Below the pieces are notes generated by a model that saw only the letters and a program-made list of their open reading frames with translations, was not told the DNA's origin and ran no database searches. DNA of 64,000 nt from a bacterium (GTDB lineage Bacteria > Hinthialibacterota > Hinthialibacteria > Hinthialibacterales > Hinthialibacteraceae): assembly GCA_963663405.2 (NCBI GenBank), contig CAXXSM010000118.1, forward strand, positions 64,001-128,000. The letters are read 5' to 3'. Position 1 is the first letter of the stretch. Each line of letters opens with the position of its first letter. Shown piece by piece: positions 1-11,021 of this stretch. The position numbers and the translations under genes are program-made.

Positions 1-1
1 C

Positions 2-97
2 CAACACGCCGTCGCCGTCCTCCTGTCCGATATGGCCATGACACATCAACGCATGATGAAATTCGATCCAGCGGCGCGCCGAATCCGCCGAGTTTAG
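2..97 (+). CDS. 3' end of an upstream gene, probably a Gfo/Idh/MocA oxidoreductase (partial)
   Basis: Frame 2 reads QHAVAVLLSDMAMTHQRMMKFDPAARRIRRV* with TAG at 95-97. It resembles the C-terminus of Gfo/Idh/MocA proteins and lies directly upstream of another member. Confidence 0.45.
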   Translation, partial: QHAVAVLLSDMAMTHQRMMKFDPAARRIRRV

Positions 98-128
98 TTT
101 GGAAACGATTGAAAAGGAGAAGCGTAGA

Positions 129-1445
129 ATGTCTAAAAAAAGTGATCATAAAAACGAATTCAAATCTTCCCGCAGGAATTTCATAAAAACTTCAGCAGCC
201 GCTCTTTCCACAGCGGTTGTCAGCGCGGCGGATCTTTCGCGGCGCGTATATGCGGCGGGCAGTGATGTGATTAAAATCGGTCTCATCGGCTGTGGTGGCC
301 GTGGAAGCGGCGCGGCGTTGGACGCGATGCAGGTCAATGACGATGTCCGCTTAATTGCCATGACTGATGTTTTTGAAGACCGCCTGCAAGACAAACGCAA
401 GATGTTGATGGAGGCTATGCCCAATCAAACCGCTGTTGACGCCGATCATTGTTTTGTGGGATTCGATGGATATAAGAAAGTGATTGAAAGCGATGTTGAC
501 GCCGTCTTGATCGCCTGCGCGTCCCTGTTCCATCCGCGATACATGAAAGCCGCGATCGACGCCGGGAAGCACGTCTTTATCGAGAAACCACACGGCATTG
601 ATCCACAAGGCGTCCGTATGGTCAAAGACGTTTGCGAATCGGCCAAGAAGAAAAATCTTTGTATTGTCTCCGGTCTTATGAACCGCTACATCCCCGCGGT
701 TCAAGAAACCATGAAACGGATTCATGATGGCGCCATCGGCGATATCGTCGCTATTGAAGAGAACTTTCTCCGCGCGCCCTACGTCCTCGTTCCCCGAAAG
801 CCTGGTGACAAGGAACTCGAATATCAATTCCGCAATTGGTATCATTTCTCCTGGCTTTCCGGCGATGATGTGACACAATCCCTCGTCCATAATTTGGATA
901 AAGCGCTCTGGGCGATGGGCGAGAAACCTCCGGTCAAAGCCCACGGTCTCGCGGGACGCTCCGCTTCTTTTGGTGAGATTTATGGCGATGTCTTCGACCA
1001 CCATTCCGTTGTTTATGAATACGAAGACGGTGTCCGGATTTACGCGTTCTGTCGTACGCAGCACAACTGCCACGGCGGTGTGTCGGATATCATCATGGGA
1101 ACGAAGGGGAAATGCGATCTCCTGAAGAATAAGATCACTGGAGAAACAAACTGGCAGTACGATGGCGAATATGGCAGCGGATACAAAGTCGAGCACCAGG
1201 AATTATTCAACGCTATCCGATCCGGTAAAACATTGGTCAACGATTACATGGCCAACAGCACAATGATAGCGGTCATGGGACAAATGGCGTGCTATTCTGG
1301 AAAACAGCTCACATGGGAAGACGCCTGCCGTTCCAACTTCACGTTTGGTCCAACAGACGGTAACTTCGATTCCATTCCTCCCAAAACTCTCTGTTCTGAC
1401 GGAAATTACCCCATCGCCATCCCAGGAAAAACGAAAGTAATTTAA
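129..1445 (+). CDS. Gfo/Idh/MocA family NAD(P)-dependent oxidoreductase with Tat signal
   Basis: SRRNFIK twin-arginine leader, IGLIGCGGRG Rossmann motif and AGKHVFIEKP motif. ATG at 129 follows an AAGGAG RBS. Confidence 0.9.
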   Translation: MSKKSDHKNEFKSSRRNFIKTSAAALSTAVVSAADLSRRVYAAGSDVIKIGLIGCGGRGSGAALDAMQVNDDVRLIAMTDVFEDRLQDKRKMLMEAMPNQTAVDADHCFVGFDGYKKVIESDVDAVLIACASLFHPRYMKAAIDAGKHVFIEKPHGIDPQGVRMVKDVCESAKKKNLCIVSGLMNRYIPAVQETMKRIHDGAIGDIVAIEENFLRAPYVLVPRKPGDKELEYQFRNWYHFSWLSGDDVTQSLVHNLDKALWAMGEKPPVKAHGLAGRSASFGEIYGDVFDHHSVVYEYEDGVRIYAFCRTQHNCHGGVSDIIMGTKGKCDLLKNKITGETNWQYDGEYGSGYKVEHQELFNAIRSGKTLVNDYMANSTMIAVMGQMACYSGKQLTWEDACRSNFTFGPTDGNFDSIPPKTLCSDGNYPIAIPGKTKVI

Positions 1446-1523
1446 ACAATTCCCCACTCTTCATTCATAACAAACCGGCTAAAATGCTTGAATAATAACA
1501 CCCATTTTCAATGGAGGTGAATC

Positions 1524-2405
1524 ATGCCGAAACTTACACGGCGTCATTTTATCCAAACCAGCGCGGCGTTTGCCGGCGCGGCGGCCTTGCCCGGCTTCGC
1601 GGCGGATCAATCCAAACGAACCGCGACGGATTTAGTCCCTCTCGGCGATACAGGAATTAAGATATCCCGCCTCGGTATGGGAACCGGCAGCGTCAGTGGC
1701 AGCGTGCAAATGGCGCTATCCGATAAAGAATTCGAAAAACTAGCGCGTTACGCCTACGAGCGAGGCATTCGATTCTTCGACACCGCCGATTCCTATGGAC
1801 GCGGCAAAATGCAGACTCGGCTCGCCAAGGCTCTGAAAGGTATCGACCGGGATACCTATGTCGTTCAAACCAAGATGAATAAACGGAGAAATCCGTGGGA
1901 AGAAATTGAACGCTTCCGCAAGGAATGGGATACGGATTACTTCGACCTGTTTCTGCTTCATTACTGCACGTCCGCCGATTGGCCGGATGAGATAAAGAAA
2001 AACATGTACATCCTTTCGGAAGCCAAAGAAAAACAATTGATCCGCACGAAAGGCGCGTCGATTCACGGCTTGAAAAGCCTGCGGGCGATGACGGAATGCG
2101 ATTGGATGGACACAGCCCTGCTTCGCGTCAACCATGACGGTACCGCTATGGACAATGAAGAGAACGATAACAATGTCAAAGGCAATGTGAAAGAATGCGT
2201 GGGACATATCCACCAAATCGCGATGAAAGGAACCGGTGTCATTGGGATGAAAATCATTGGGGAAGGCAAATTTAAAGATCCCGCTCAACGGGAAGCGTCG
2301 ATCAAATATGTCATGGGCCTCGATTACGTTCATTCAATCGTCATCGGTTTTAAAAACACCCAGGAAATAGACGAAGCCATCAATTTAATGAATAAATATT
2401 TGTAG
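1524..2405 (+). CDS. Aldo/keto reductase with Tat signal
   Basis: TRRHFIQ leader, LGDTGIKISRLGMGT, GIRFFDTADSY and TDYFDLFLLH motifs. GGAGG RBS. Confidence 0.9.
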   Translation: MPKLTRRHFIQTSAAFAGAAALPGFAADQSKRTATDLVPLGDTGIKISRLGMGTGSVSGSVQMALSDKEFEKLARYAYERGIRFFDTADSYGRGKMQTRLAKALKGIDRDTYVVQTKMNKRRNPWEEIERFRKEWDTDYFDLFLLHYCTSADWPDEIKKNMYILSEAKEKQLIRTKGASIHGLKSLRAMTECDWMDTALLRVNHDGTAMDNEENDNNVKGNVKECVGHIHQIAMKGTGVIGMKIIGEGKFKDPAQREASIKYVMGLDYVHSIVIGFKNTQEIDEAINLMNKYL

Positions 2406-2439
2406 GGCGCTTCACGCTTTATTGACCCACCAAATTCTA

Positions 2440-3486
2440 CTACATCATCCACTCCAACTGTTTTTCATAACTGCGGGAAAGTTCGTATTGTTTAATATTC
2501 GATTTTAAATCGGCTCCTTCGATATCAATTTTAGCGAGATCCGCTTGTCCCATTCCCGCGTTGGCGCAGAAATTCAGATACCCGATCTTCGAAAAATCGA
2601 TTCCCATCAGTTCCACTGAAACACGATCCGCCGCAAGCCAATCCAAACTGGCCACCGCGACGCGGTGATCGACTGGAGATCCACCGACAGGGCCGTTTCC
2701 TTCCATCCCCTCGAATCCATCGATGATCGCGAGATCCGGATGCAACCGTGGAGCCAAAGCGAACAAGTTATAGTTTATGCCGCGGTACCCATTGCCATGC
2801 GTGATCGGTTTATCGTTTTTCGCGCCAGCCTTCCCGTCGCGTCCCCATCGAAAGCCATCATCTTTGATCGGCGCGCCGACAACGATGTTCTTAAGTGACA
2901 ACGTCGCGACCACGCGGTCATGAGTTTTCATCACGGCGGAGGAAATGACAAAGTTATTGCGATCGAGAAGCAGACTCGACATGCGGCAGGCGTGAGGGTG
3001 AATCTTTTGTTCATCCACACAGTAAACCAACTCATAATCTTCTTTATCTAAATCGACCAGTTTCGTTTTATATTTCTCCGCGAGAGGAATGTAGCCATAA
3101 TTCTCAAATCCTTCAAACGACGGACCGCTGGCCGCCGATTCAGCGATTATGACATTATCAATCCCAATCGATTGGAGAAACTCCAAAATTCCTTCCAGAC
3201 ATCCCGCATGGCTGGCGCTTAATTGCGTTGTTGTCGATACATTGTTCGGCTTGATAATTACCCGCTTCGAACCGATCGCCATCTTGATCTCTTTCTCGAA
3301 GCGTTTCAAACAAGAGAAGATATTTTCTGTGCGATCGTCTCCCGCGGAAAGAGAGACGCGGCTCCTCTTCGAATCTCCAGCGCTGAAAGCGTGAAAGGAC
3401 GTCCCGATCGAAGATAGAGCGGCGGTTCCACCCACCAGCGCAGTCCGTAAAAAGTTACGCCGGGATTGAGTTGTAAGATTCTTCAT
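2440..3486 (-). CDS. DUF362 family protein with Tat signal
   Basis: SRRNFLR leader, VIIKPN, MKTH..TLSLKN and IIDGFEGMEGNGP motifs, D.LAADRV. Start placed at the ATG at 3486 after an AGGGG RBS. Confidence 0.85.
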   Translation of the reverse strand: MKNLTTQSRRNFLRTALVGGTAALSSIGTSFHAFSAGDSKRSRVSLSAGDDRTENIFSCLKRFEKEIKMAIGSKRVIIKPNNVSTTTQLSASHAGCLEGILEFLQSIGIDNVIIAESAASGPSFEGFENYGYIPLAEKYKTKLVDLDKEDYELVYCVDEQKIHPHACRMSSLLLDRNNFVISSAVMKTHDRVVATLSLKNIVVGAPIKDDGFRWGRDGKAGAKNDKPITHGNGYRGINYNLFALAPRLHPDLAIIDGFEGMEGNGPVGGSPVDHRVAVASLDWLAADRVSVELMGIDFSKIGYLNFCANAGMGQADLAKIDIEGADLKSNIKQYELSRSYEKQLEWMM

Positions 3487-4051
3487 ACTGATTCCCCTTT
3501 TCATTTGCGAAAAATCATGATGTCCATTAAAAGAATCATAGCCTTAATTCAATTCAAAGACTATTGATACGGAAAAAAGAAAATATTAACAGTTTTACAC
3601 GAATATAGTGTGTTTCACGTTTAACCGACCTATTGGGAAAAAAATGAAGCGTTGCGTAATCAAGACCAGACTAACCATTGATAGCTTTTTCGAACACCGC
3701 TAGTAAGGTAACGATTATTTACTTTGATGCACAAAATAATTACAATATCAGAGAATTCACTTTAAATGTTTTCAGATAATTCACCGATAACATTTAATAT
3801 ATTTCATTCTACTATTTAAATATGCAATATTTCATTTCAAAAAAGTTTAATGATCCGTTGTAAAAAACCGTTGAGCGAGACAATCTCAAATATGGCAACT
3901 TATCTTTACATAAAATAGATAATTGTTGACAGGATTCTACTAAAACGTTAAATCAAGTGATTAGCATTAACAGCTGTGAGATTCAATAAGGAAAAACAGC
4001 AATATTACTATGGAGCCACAGCGACCGAATTAATAATAAGGAGGAGATCAA

Positions 4052-5596
4052 TTGAAGACAGAGAGAATTGGGATACCAATGATTTTCATTTTGTTGCTTA
4101 CAGTTTCAGCGATGTCCCTGTTTGCGGCGGAAATATCTGTCCGATTTGATCGACCTCTACAGGAGTGGGATGGCTTTGGTGTCAACTACGTTGAGACATC
4201 CCAAACACGAGACTACAACGAATGGCCGCAGGATTATGGTGGAATGAGCACGCTTTCCGAAGAGCAACGGCAGGAGATTATCCAATTGATCTTCGGAGAG
4301 GATGGTCTGAAACCTGGAATCGCTAAGATGTTCATTGATTCATTCCACGAAGGCCAAACCGTTGATGATAACGATAATGATGATCCAATGTCCATTAATT
4401 TGGACGGCTATACACACGCGCGCACGACAAAAAATATGCGGTATTTCGTCCGTGAAGGGCTAAAACTCACTCGCGCGTCAGGCCGGGATTTGACGATCAT
4501 AAACACCTTGTATGGTCCCGCTCCTTGGATGACAAAACAACGGATGATCCGTGGCCGCGATCTCGTTCCGCAATTGAAACTTGAAGTGGGTGAATACATC
4601 GCTGCTTTTGCCAAATACATGCGGGACCGAGAAGGATTTCCAGTTAAATATGTCAGTCTGCACAATGAAGGCGCCCATCCGATCCGTTACAACCGGGACG
4701 GCCGGGATTCAAATGAATTACACAAACATGATTACAATTTGTTTTGGACGCCGGAGCAGATCGTAGATTTCATCTGCTTCCTCCGTGATATTCTCGACGC
4801 CAATGGAATGGAAGACGTTGGGATCACTCCAGGAGAATGCACGAACTGGATGTGGATGCGCCCCATCGCCGACGCGATCGCCGCCAATGATTGCGCGCTC
4901 AATAATCTTGGCTTAATCACCAGTCATGGATTCCAAGGCAACGCCGATCCACAATCGGACTGGTACGCGGTCAACGCGCAGGATGTCTATTCGATTCAGT
5001 TGCTTCAATCCCTCCGGCCTGACTTACACGCGTGGACCACATCCGCGTCTTGGGGAAAGATGGACGTCAACTTTTTTGAATTGATCCGCGCTCATATTTA
5101 CGAGAATCGTCATAATGGCTTTATCCCTTGGGCGGCGGTACAACGGCATAACCAATGGGTGGGCGGCGATCCCAATCCTGGATGCGCGATCAAAGTGGAT
5201 GACAACGGTGGAAAATACACCGTGCGGCCTGGTTACTATCTTTACAAACAACTCTGCCGCGCCGGTCAACCGAGAATGCGTATCGCCTCGGTTACATGCG
5301 ACGATCCATACATGGGAGTGATTGGTTTCGCAAAAAACAACACAAACAATCCTGACGCAATTTCGATCTGTAACCGGTGCTGGCACACGATCAAGGCAAA
5401 AATCCGGATCTCTGGAACACAGTCAAAGTCATTTAAAACATATCGTACGATCGTCGACACATTCCCCAAACGGTTTTGGACGGAAAAGAAGCCTGAATTA
5501 GAGAATTACAAACAGCTATCAAATGCCACTGCCATTGATGGATTACTTGTTTATGAAGCGCCACCATTATCGGTAACAACATTCTTCGGAATATAG
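4052..5596 (+). CDS. Secreted GH30-like (clan GH-A TIM-barrel) glycoside hydrolase
   Basis: Signal peptide, Q.WDGFGV first strand, P..YVSLHNEG acid/base motif and C-terminal beta-sandwich. GGAGG RBS before the TTG start. Confidence 0.6.
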   Translation: MKTERIGIPMIFILLLTVSAMSLFAAEISVRFDRPLQEWDGFGVNYVETSQTRDYNEWPQDYGGMSTLSEEQRQEIIQLIFGEDGLKPGIAKMFIDSFHEGQTVDDNDNDDPMSINLDGYTHARTTKNMRYFVREGLKLTRASGRDLTIINTLYGPAPWMTKQRMIRGRDLVPQLKLEVGEYIAAFAKYMRDREGFPVKYVSLHNEGAHPIRYNRDGRDSNELHKHDYNLFWTPEQIVDFICFLRDILDANGMEDVGITPGECTNWMWMRPIADAIAANDCALNNLGLITSHGFQGNADPQSDWYAVNAQDVYSIQLLQSLRPDLHAWTTSASWGKMDVNFFELIRAHIYENRHNGFIPWAAVQRHNQWVGGDPNPGCAIKVDDNGGKYTVRPGYYLYKQLCRAGQPRMRIASVTCDDPYMGVIGFAKNNTNNPDAISICNRCWHTIKAKIRISGTQSKSFKTYRTIVDTFPKRFWTEKKPELENYKQLSNATAIDGLLVYEAPPLSVTTFFGI

Positions 5597-5713
5597 GAGA
5601 ATGACACGCTTGACCTGAAATAAGCGAGCGCAATCACATTTGATTGTAGACGAACCAGTGGGGAGATACTGGTAAGAGGTCAAACCACCGATGGTACAAT
5701 TGGCGCAATCTCA

Positions 5714-6118
5714 GGGATGGAGGACACCGCCGCGCAGGTCATTGAATAAAGCATCAGTGAATCAACAGCACGACCGGCGCACTTGATGGTGTCCTCCCCC
5801 CTAAAATATTTCGATTGGAATTTTATATGAAAATGAGTCTCCGAGACATTCTCATTCGCAATTTCCATCGCAACTCATTTTCATTTGTACGTTGTGAACT
5901 CAATCATGATGGTTTATATGAAAATGGGTCTCCATGATTAACTCGTTTGAGATTTCTATAGCGACTCATTTTCATTTGCGGATTGTAATCTCGAATTTGA
6001 TGATTCATGTGATTTGTTCTTAATTCCGGGACGGAGGACACCGCCATACAGGTCATTGAATTTAGCAGCTTTGTGACCGGCAGCGCGGCCTGAATGTCTA
6101 ATGGTGTCCTCCACCCCA
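5714..6118. repeat. Cluster of palindromic REP-like units in A-B-B-A order
   Basis: A units: GGAGGACACC...GGTGTCCTCC at 5719-5797 and 6033-6112, both containing CAGGTCATTGAA. B units: ATGAAAATG(A/G)GTC...ACTCATTTTCATTT at about 5827-5886 and 5918-5977. Confidence 0.75.
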
Positions 6119-6350
6119 AATTTTTCGTTCCGGAATGCGCCTTAACGGAATGAAAACAACAGACGTATTATACTAAGCTTTATACAAATAATGAGAAAAT
6201 GCGCAGCCCTATTCTATTGATACCCGTCTACTCCACTCTTCCCGGATTTAATTAATCTCCTAAAACACTCCAATCTATCTCCACTTGCGAGAAAAAACGA
6301 ATACAATATTAGAAATGATCGAATCAACCAATTATTGATTGCAAAACTTT

Positions 6351-9300
6351 ATGCCATACAAACAGATTTCCATCATATGTCTGATCGTCACATCGTTAAT
6401 GTGGCGTAATGTTAATGCTCTCGAGATTCCACATTGGCGATTCTGGACTCCAGAAGACGGCCTGACGGAATCGTGGACGGCGTCCATTACCCACTCCCCA
6501 TCGGATACGATTCTTGCGTCGCACGGTCAAGTGAAAACAATGAGCCGCTTAAATGGTTGGGGGGATGAGAATAATATTTTTGTTACACAAATTCCAAATC
6601 CAGCCCAAGGAGCGAAAGTCTACGAAACCGAATCAGGACAACTCTGGTCTATCATTCCCGGCGCGTTGCTGAACTTTGATCAATTGAGTGGCCAATGGAT
6701 TCGTATCGAAGTACCTGAAATCGGTATGGATTGGCCTTGGTTCCCAGAATCTGGTGAACCCAGATTATGTGACCGCTTTTACCCCATCGGCGATGATTCC
6801 ATTCTGATCCTGCTGCCTGAACAATTAATCCAGTTTCAACCATCCACGCGAACATCCATCACACTGCAAGCCGCCAGCGAATCAAGAATCGGCGCCTACA
6901 ATCGAATCTTCCCCTCTTGTAAAGGTGGTTTATGGATTACCGGAACGTATGGAGCGGCGAAACTCCATGTTAAGGATTCCACTCAATGGTCAGATTTTCC
7001 TCTCCCGGTCGGTATGGAACAACTACAACATCCTGTAGAAGGACAAAAGGCGGATCTCTACGCGGTAGCGTTTTCGATTTACGACCAACAGCGCGTATTA
7101 GTTCATCTGAGTGATTCTGAATGGAGGATCCGCTACAGTGAGGATGAACACTTGTTTCGTGGGTGGGCCGGAATGGATGGGAATGTATGGATCGAGTTAC
7201 GTGAAGATGATCAGTCCACTCTCATGCAAACCGATTATGGTCAGATGCAAGTTGAAGAAAAAAACGCCGTATTGGCGGGGATTTTGTTTGATGTGCTCCC
7301 CATTGAGGGAGGCGCGTTTTGGATTTCGACATCCGCCGGTTTAGCGCGTTATTCTCCCCCTTTGTGGAGAACGCCTCCAGCGATTCAACATATTCGCCCA
7401 AGAATTTACGCCATCAAGGAAGACCAAAAAGGACGTGTCTGGTTTTTGGGTCAAAACGTTTTGATTCTTTTTCATGAGGATAAATGGAAAACATTTGCCT
7501 TGCCGGAACGATATCGCACCTCCGTCAGTTACACGCAGGGATTGGCGCCGCTGCCGGATGGACGGATCGTTATCGCCCTTCCTTATTCGAAACGGATATT
7601 GGTCTTTCATCCGGAAACAGAAAAATTTGAAACAATCGAAAATTCTTCTGGCCGTGAAATTTGCCATCTATGCCCGCGTCAAGACGGGACTATCTGGCTT
7701 AGCGCCACCCAACAAGATGATACGAATGTTATCTATCGTCTGAATTATAGGGATACTTTTTTTCTCGAATTATATGACGGTCAAATATTCAAGACGGTTT
7801 TCTCCCAATCCTGGCAATCTCTCGGAACGATCCGCTATCTGCTTGAATGTTCCAATGGGGAATTATGGTTCGGGGGCACCGGACATCCTGGCCTCGCCCG
7901 TTATAACAAAGATCGCACATTTCAAATTATAGGACACAATGAAGCCTATGAAGGAAGCGGCGCGTTTTGCCTGCACGAACTCCCAAACGGGCATATCCTA
8001 ATTGGTGGGCGGAATCGGTTATTCGAATACAATGGAGAGTCATTCATATGCCTCCGCTCCGGTCTAGACCGGGTGAATTCAATTATAACGGATAACAATG
8101 GCGCGATTTGGGTAGCGTCAGGAACGGGACTTCATCGACTTGAAAATCAATCGTGGGTCACGTATACCGCTGATGACGGATTGCCGGTTTCGTTTATCTA
8201 TAATGTGTATCAGGATTCGAAAAATAATATCTGGGCCGGAACAGCGAATGGACTGAGCCTCTTCCATCCCGGCTCTGATCTAGATCCACCCCAGACATTT
8301 ATTCGAGATAAAGAAAATTTAATGGAAACCCCTCCGGGTGGGAATGTCCGGATCGTCTTTTCTGGGATGGACAAATGGAAGCAAACTCACCAAAGCCGTT
8401 TGCTATATTCAAGCCGGCTTGATGGGAAAGAATGGGCGCCGTTTCGGCCTAGGCAGGTCGCTGTTTTCAATGGATTGCCCTCTGGTTCCCACACATTTGA
8501 AGTCAAGGCGATGGATTTAAACTTAAATATTGATCCCTCTCCCGCCATGATCTCTTTCACGGTCTTACAGCATTGGTATCAAGTTCCCTTTTTTCTGATT
8601 TTGGCGTCTAGCGGGACGATTTTAATCCTGGTACTAATCGGTCTAGTGGCGCAGCGTCACATCCTGCTGGAGAGACGGGTAAAAGAACGAACCTCGGATC
8701 TTTCGAAAGCAAACCGGCAATTAACATTCGAACTGAGCGAACGCAAACGGCTTGAGAAAGAGATCCTGGAAATACGCGACCGGGAACAGCAACGCATTGG
8801 GCAGGATCTCCATGATGGTTTAATCCAGCACCTCACTGGAATCGAATATATCTCCAAATGGCTCGAGAAGCAGATGAAAACAGTTGCGCGGCCGGAGATG
8901 GAATATGCGGGGGAAATCTCACGCGAAATCCATAACGCCATTCAAGAAACCGAAGAGATCGCCAAAGGCTTGAATCCGGTTGTTTTGGAAACGGACGGTT
9001 TAGTGGAAGCCTTGCACGAGTTATCAGTACGGACCAAGCGTTTCTTTGATATTGATTGCCGTTTTACCGGGAAAGCGCCGGAGAACCTGGTAACCAATCA
9101 AACCACTACGTTTCATTTATACCGGATCGCACAGGAATGTATCAACAACGCGGTCAAACATGGACACGCCAATTGGATTGAGATGACTTTAGAATCCGTT
9201 GAAGATAAATTAACCTTGACGGTAACGGACAATGGTGAAGGATTTCCACCGGAATCGAAACAACGGCGGGGGACGGGATTACGTATAATGAGGTACCGGG

Positions 9301-9404
9301 CCGGTTTGATCGGGGCGGATTTAAGAATCTTGAATCGCCAAGAAGGCGGCGTTCAGATCGAGTGCGCTCTTCACCGGGAGATAATTCGAACGGAAAAGCA
9401 ATGA
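6351..9404 (+). CDS. Membrane sensor histidine kinase: periplasmic beta-propeller + Y_Y_Y domain, HisKA_3/HATPase (NarX/ComP type)
   Basis: Repeated W.GT..GL / DGLP propeller motifs, a Y_Y_Y-like domain (GSHTFEVKAMD), one TM helix, EQQRIGQDLHDG H-box, QECINNAVKHG, DNGEGF and GTGL boxes. Confidence 0.9.
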   Translation: MPYKQISIICLIVTSLMWRNVNALEIPHWRFWTPEDGLTESWTASITHSPSDTILASHGQVKTMSRLNGWGDENNIFVTQIPNPAQGAKVYETESGQLWSIIPGALLNFDQLSGQWIRIEVPEIGMDWPWFPESGEPRLCDRFYPIGDDSILILLPEQLIQFQPSTRTSITLQAASESRIGAYNRIFPSCKGGLWITGTYGAAKLHVKDSTQWSDFPLPVGMEQLQHPVEGQKADLYAVAFSIYDQQRVLVHLSDSEWRIRYSEDEHLFRGWAGMDGNVWIELREDDQSTLMQTDYGQMQVEEKNAVLAGILFDVLPIEGGAFWISTSAGLARYSPPLWRTPPAIQHIRPRIYAIKEDQKGRVWFLGQNVLILFHEDKWKTFALPERYRTSVSYTQGLAPLPDGRIVIALPYSKRILVFHPETEKFETIENSSGREICHLCPRQDGTIWLSATQQDDTNVIYRLNYRDTFFLELYDGQIFKTVFSQSWQSLGTIRYLLECSNGELWFGGTGHPGLARYNKDRTFQIIGHNEAYEGSGAFCLHELPNGHILIGGRNRLFEYNGESFICLRSGLDRVNSIITDNNGAIWVASGTGLHRLENQSWVTYTADDGLPVSFIYNVYQDSKNNIWAGTANGLSLFHPGSDLDPPQTFIRDKENLMETPPGGNVRIVFSGMDKWKQTHQSRLLYSSRLDGKEWAPFRPRQVAVFNGLPSGSHTFEVKAMDLNLNIDPSPAMISFTVLQHWYQVPFFLILASSGTILILVLIGLVAQRHILLERRVKERTSDLSKANRQLTFELSERKRLEKEILEIRDREQQRIGQDLHDGLIQHLTGIEYISKWLEKQMKTVARPEMEYAGEISREIHNAIQETEEIAKGLNPVVLETDGLVEALHELSVRTKRFFDIDCRFTGKAPENLVTNQTTTFHLYRIAQECINNAVKHGHANWIEMTLESVEDKLTLTVTDNGEGFPPESKQRRGTGLRIMRYRAGLIGADLRILNRQEGGVQIECALHREIIRTEKQ

Positions 9405-10069
9405 ACACTCTCCGGAAAAAATCCATACGAGTGCTGATTATCGACGATCATCCCATACTGCGGCGTGGTTTGTCGTTGGTCATCAATCAGGAAGAGGATA
9501 TGACCGTTTGTGGGGAAGCGGAGAATGCGCAATCAGCGATCCGCGCGATCGAGTCCAGGGATCCCGATATCGCATTAGTCGATATCTCCCTTAAAGGGAT
9601 CAATGGAATCGAACTGATCAAGATGATCCGGAATCAATCGACTTTACCATTGCTGGTTTTGTCGCGGCATTCCGAAACGATTTACGCCGAACGAGCGATC
9701 CGCGCGGGGGCCAACGGGTATATTATGAAGCAGGAACCTACGGAACGGGTCATTGACGCAATTCGGAAAGTTATGCGGGGTGAGCGCTATTTAAGCGAAC
9801 CGATCGCTAAGTATATTCTTGATAAACGGTTCGATCTCTCTCAAAAAGAACCTATTTCGTTAGTGGAAATATTTAGCGATCGTGAGTTGCAAGTTTTTCA
9901 ACTAATCGGACAAGGTCTGCAACCTCGCCAAATCGCCAACGAACTCAATCTGAGCGTCAAAACGATTGAAACGTATCGCTCGAATATCAAACAGAAACTC
10001 AACCTTCAAAGCGCCGCCGATTTGATCCAATATGCGATCGAGTGGCAACGGACGGAAAACACGGAATAA
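9401..10069 (+). CDS. NarL/LuxR family response regulator
   Basis: IIDDHPILRRGL receiver domain and FSDRELQVFQLIGQG...LSVKTIETYR LuxR HTH. The start overlaps the kinase stop (ATGA). Confidence 0.93.
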   Translation: MNTLRKKSIRVLIIDDHPILRRGLSLVINQEEDMTVCGEAENAQSAIRAIESRDPDIALVDISLKGINGIELIKMIRNQSTLPLLVLSRHSETIYAERAIRAGANGYIMKQEPTERVIDAIRKVMRGERYLSEPIAKYILDKRFDLSQKEPISLVEIFSDRELQVFQLIGQGLQPRQIANELNLSVKTIETYRSNIKQKLNLQSAADLIQYAIEWQRTENTE

Positions 10070-11021
10070 TCCCCCCTTCCAACGGAAGATGCAACGATAC
10101 GATCACTTCCCATCTACATGCTTCCCAAAATTATAATAGATACTAAAATAGTAAAGAATTAGATGTTAACAATCTTTTTTATTTTGGAATATTTGTATGT
10201 CAAAGGGGATATTTATGACCAAAAAAATCACAATCGATCCGATCACCCGCATTGAAGGTCATTTATCGATTTCAGTCGACCTCAAAGAACAACAAGTTGA
10301 ACATGCGTATTGTGTGGGAGAAATGTTTCGTGGATTTGAAGTCCTATTAAAAGGACGCGATCCCCTGGATGCGCAGCAAATCACACAGCGGATATGCGGA
10401 ATCTGCCCCGTCTCTCATGGGATAGCGTCAATCGCCGCCCAAGAAGAAGCGTACAATGTTTCCGCGCCGGAGAACGGACGGATTGTAAGAAACCTGATCC
10501 TCGGCGCCAATTACTTGCAATCGCATATCACTCATTTTTATCATCTATCCGCGATTGATTTTATCGATATAACCACCATTCTTCACTATCAAGGAAAAGA
10601 TCACAAACTAACATCGTTAAAAGATTGGGTTCAAAATCAAATCCAGTCAAAAATGATATACCCAGCAACCCCTTTCTTACCGCGGTATGACGTTCACTAT
10701 CTTGATAACAACGATCTCAATTTAACAGCCATTAAGCATTACATCGACGCGTTGGAAATCCGACAGATCGCTCATCAAGCCGCCGCCGTCTTTTGTGGAA
10801 AAATGCCTCACGCCACCGCCTTGGTTCCCGGTGGCGTCACGGAACAAATCACAGCGTCTAAAATCGCGGAATACCGGTCGAAACTAAAACGTATTCTCGC
10901 ATTCATCGACCAGTGTTATCTACCCGATGTCACCGCTGTCGCGTCTTTGTTCCCGGATTATTTCACTCATGGCAAAGGAAATAATCATTTTTTAGCCTAT
11001 GGTGTATTTCATGAGCCCTTA

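Noticed and set aside
3505-4051. ncRNA in the long AT-rich intergenic region
   Set aside because: No stable structure or known motif was recognised. It is consistent with divergent promoters.
5714-6118. Possible CRISPR array
   Set aside because: Only two copies of each unit, arranged as long inverted arms. There is no regular repeat-spacer period and no cas genes.
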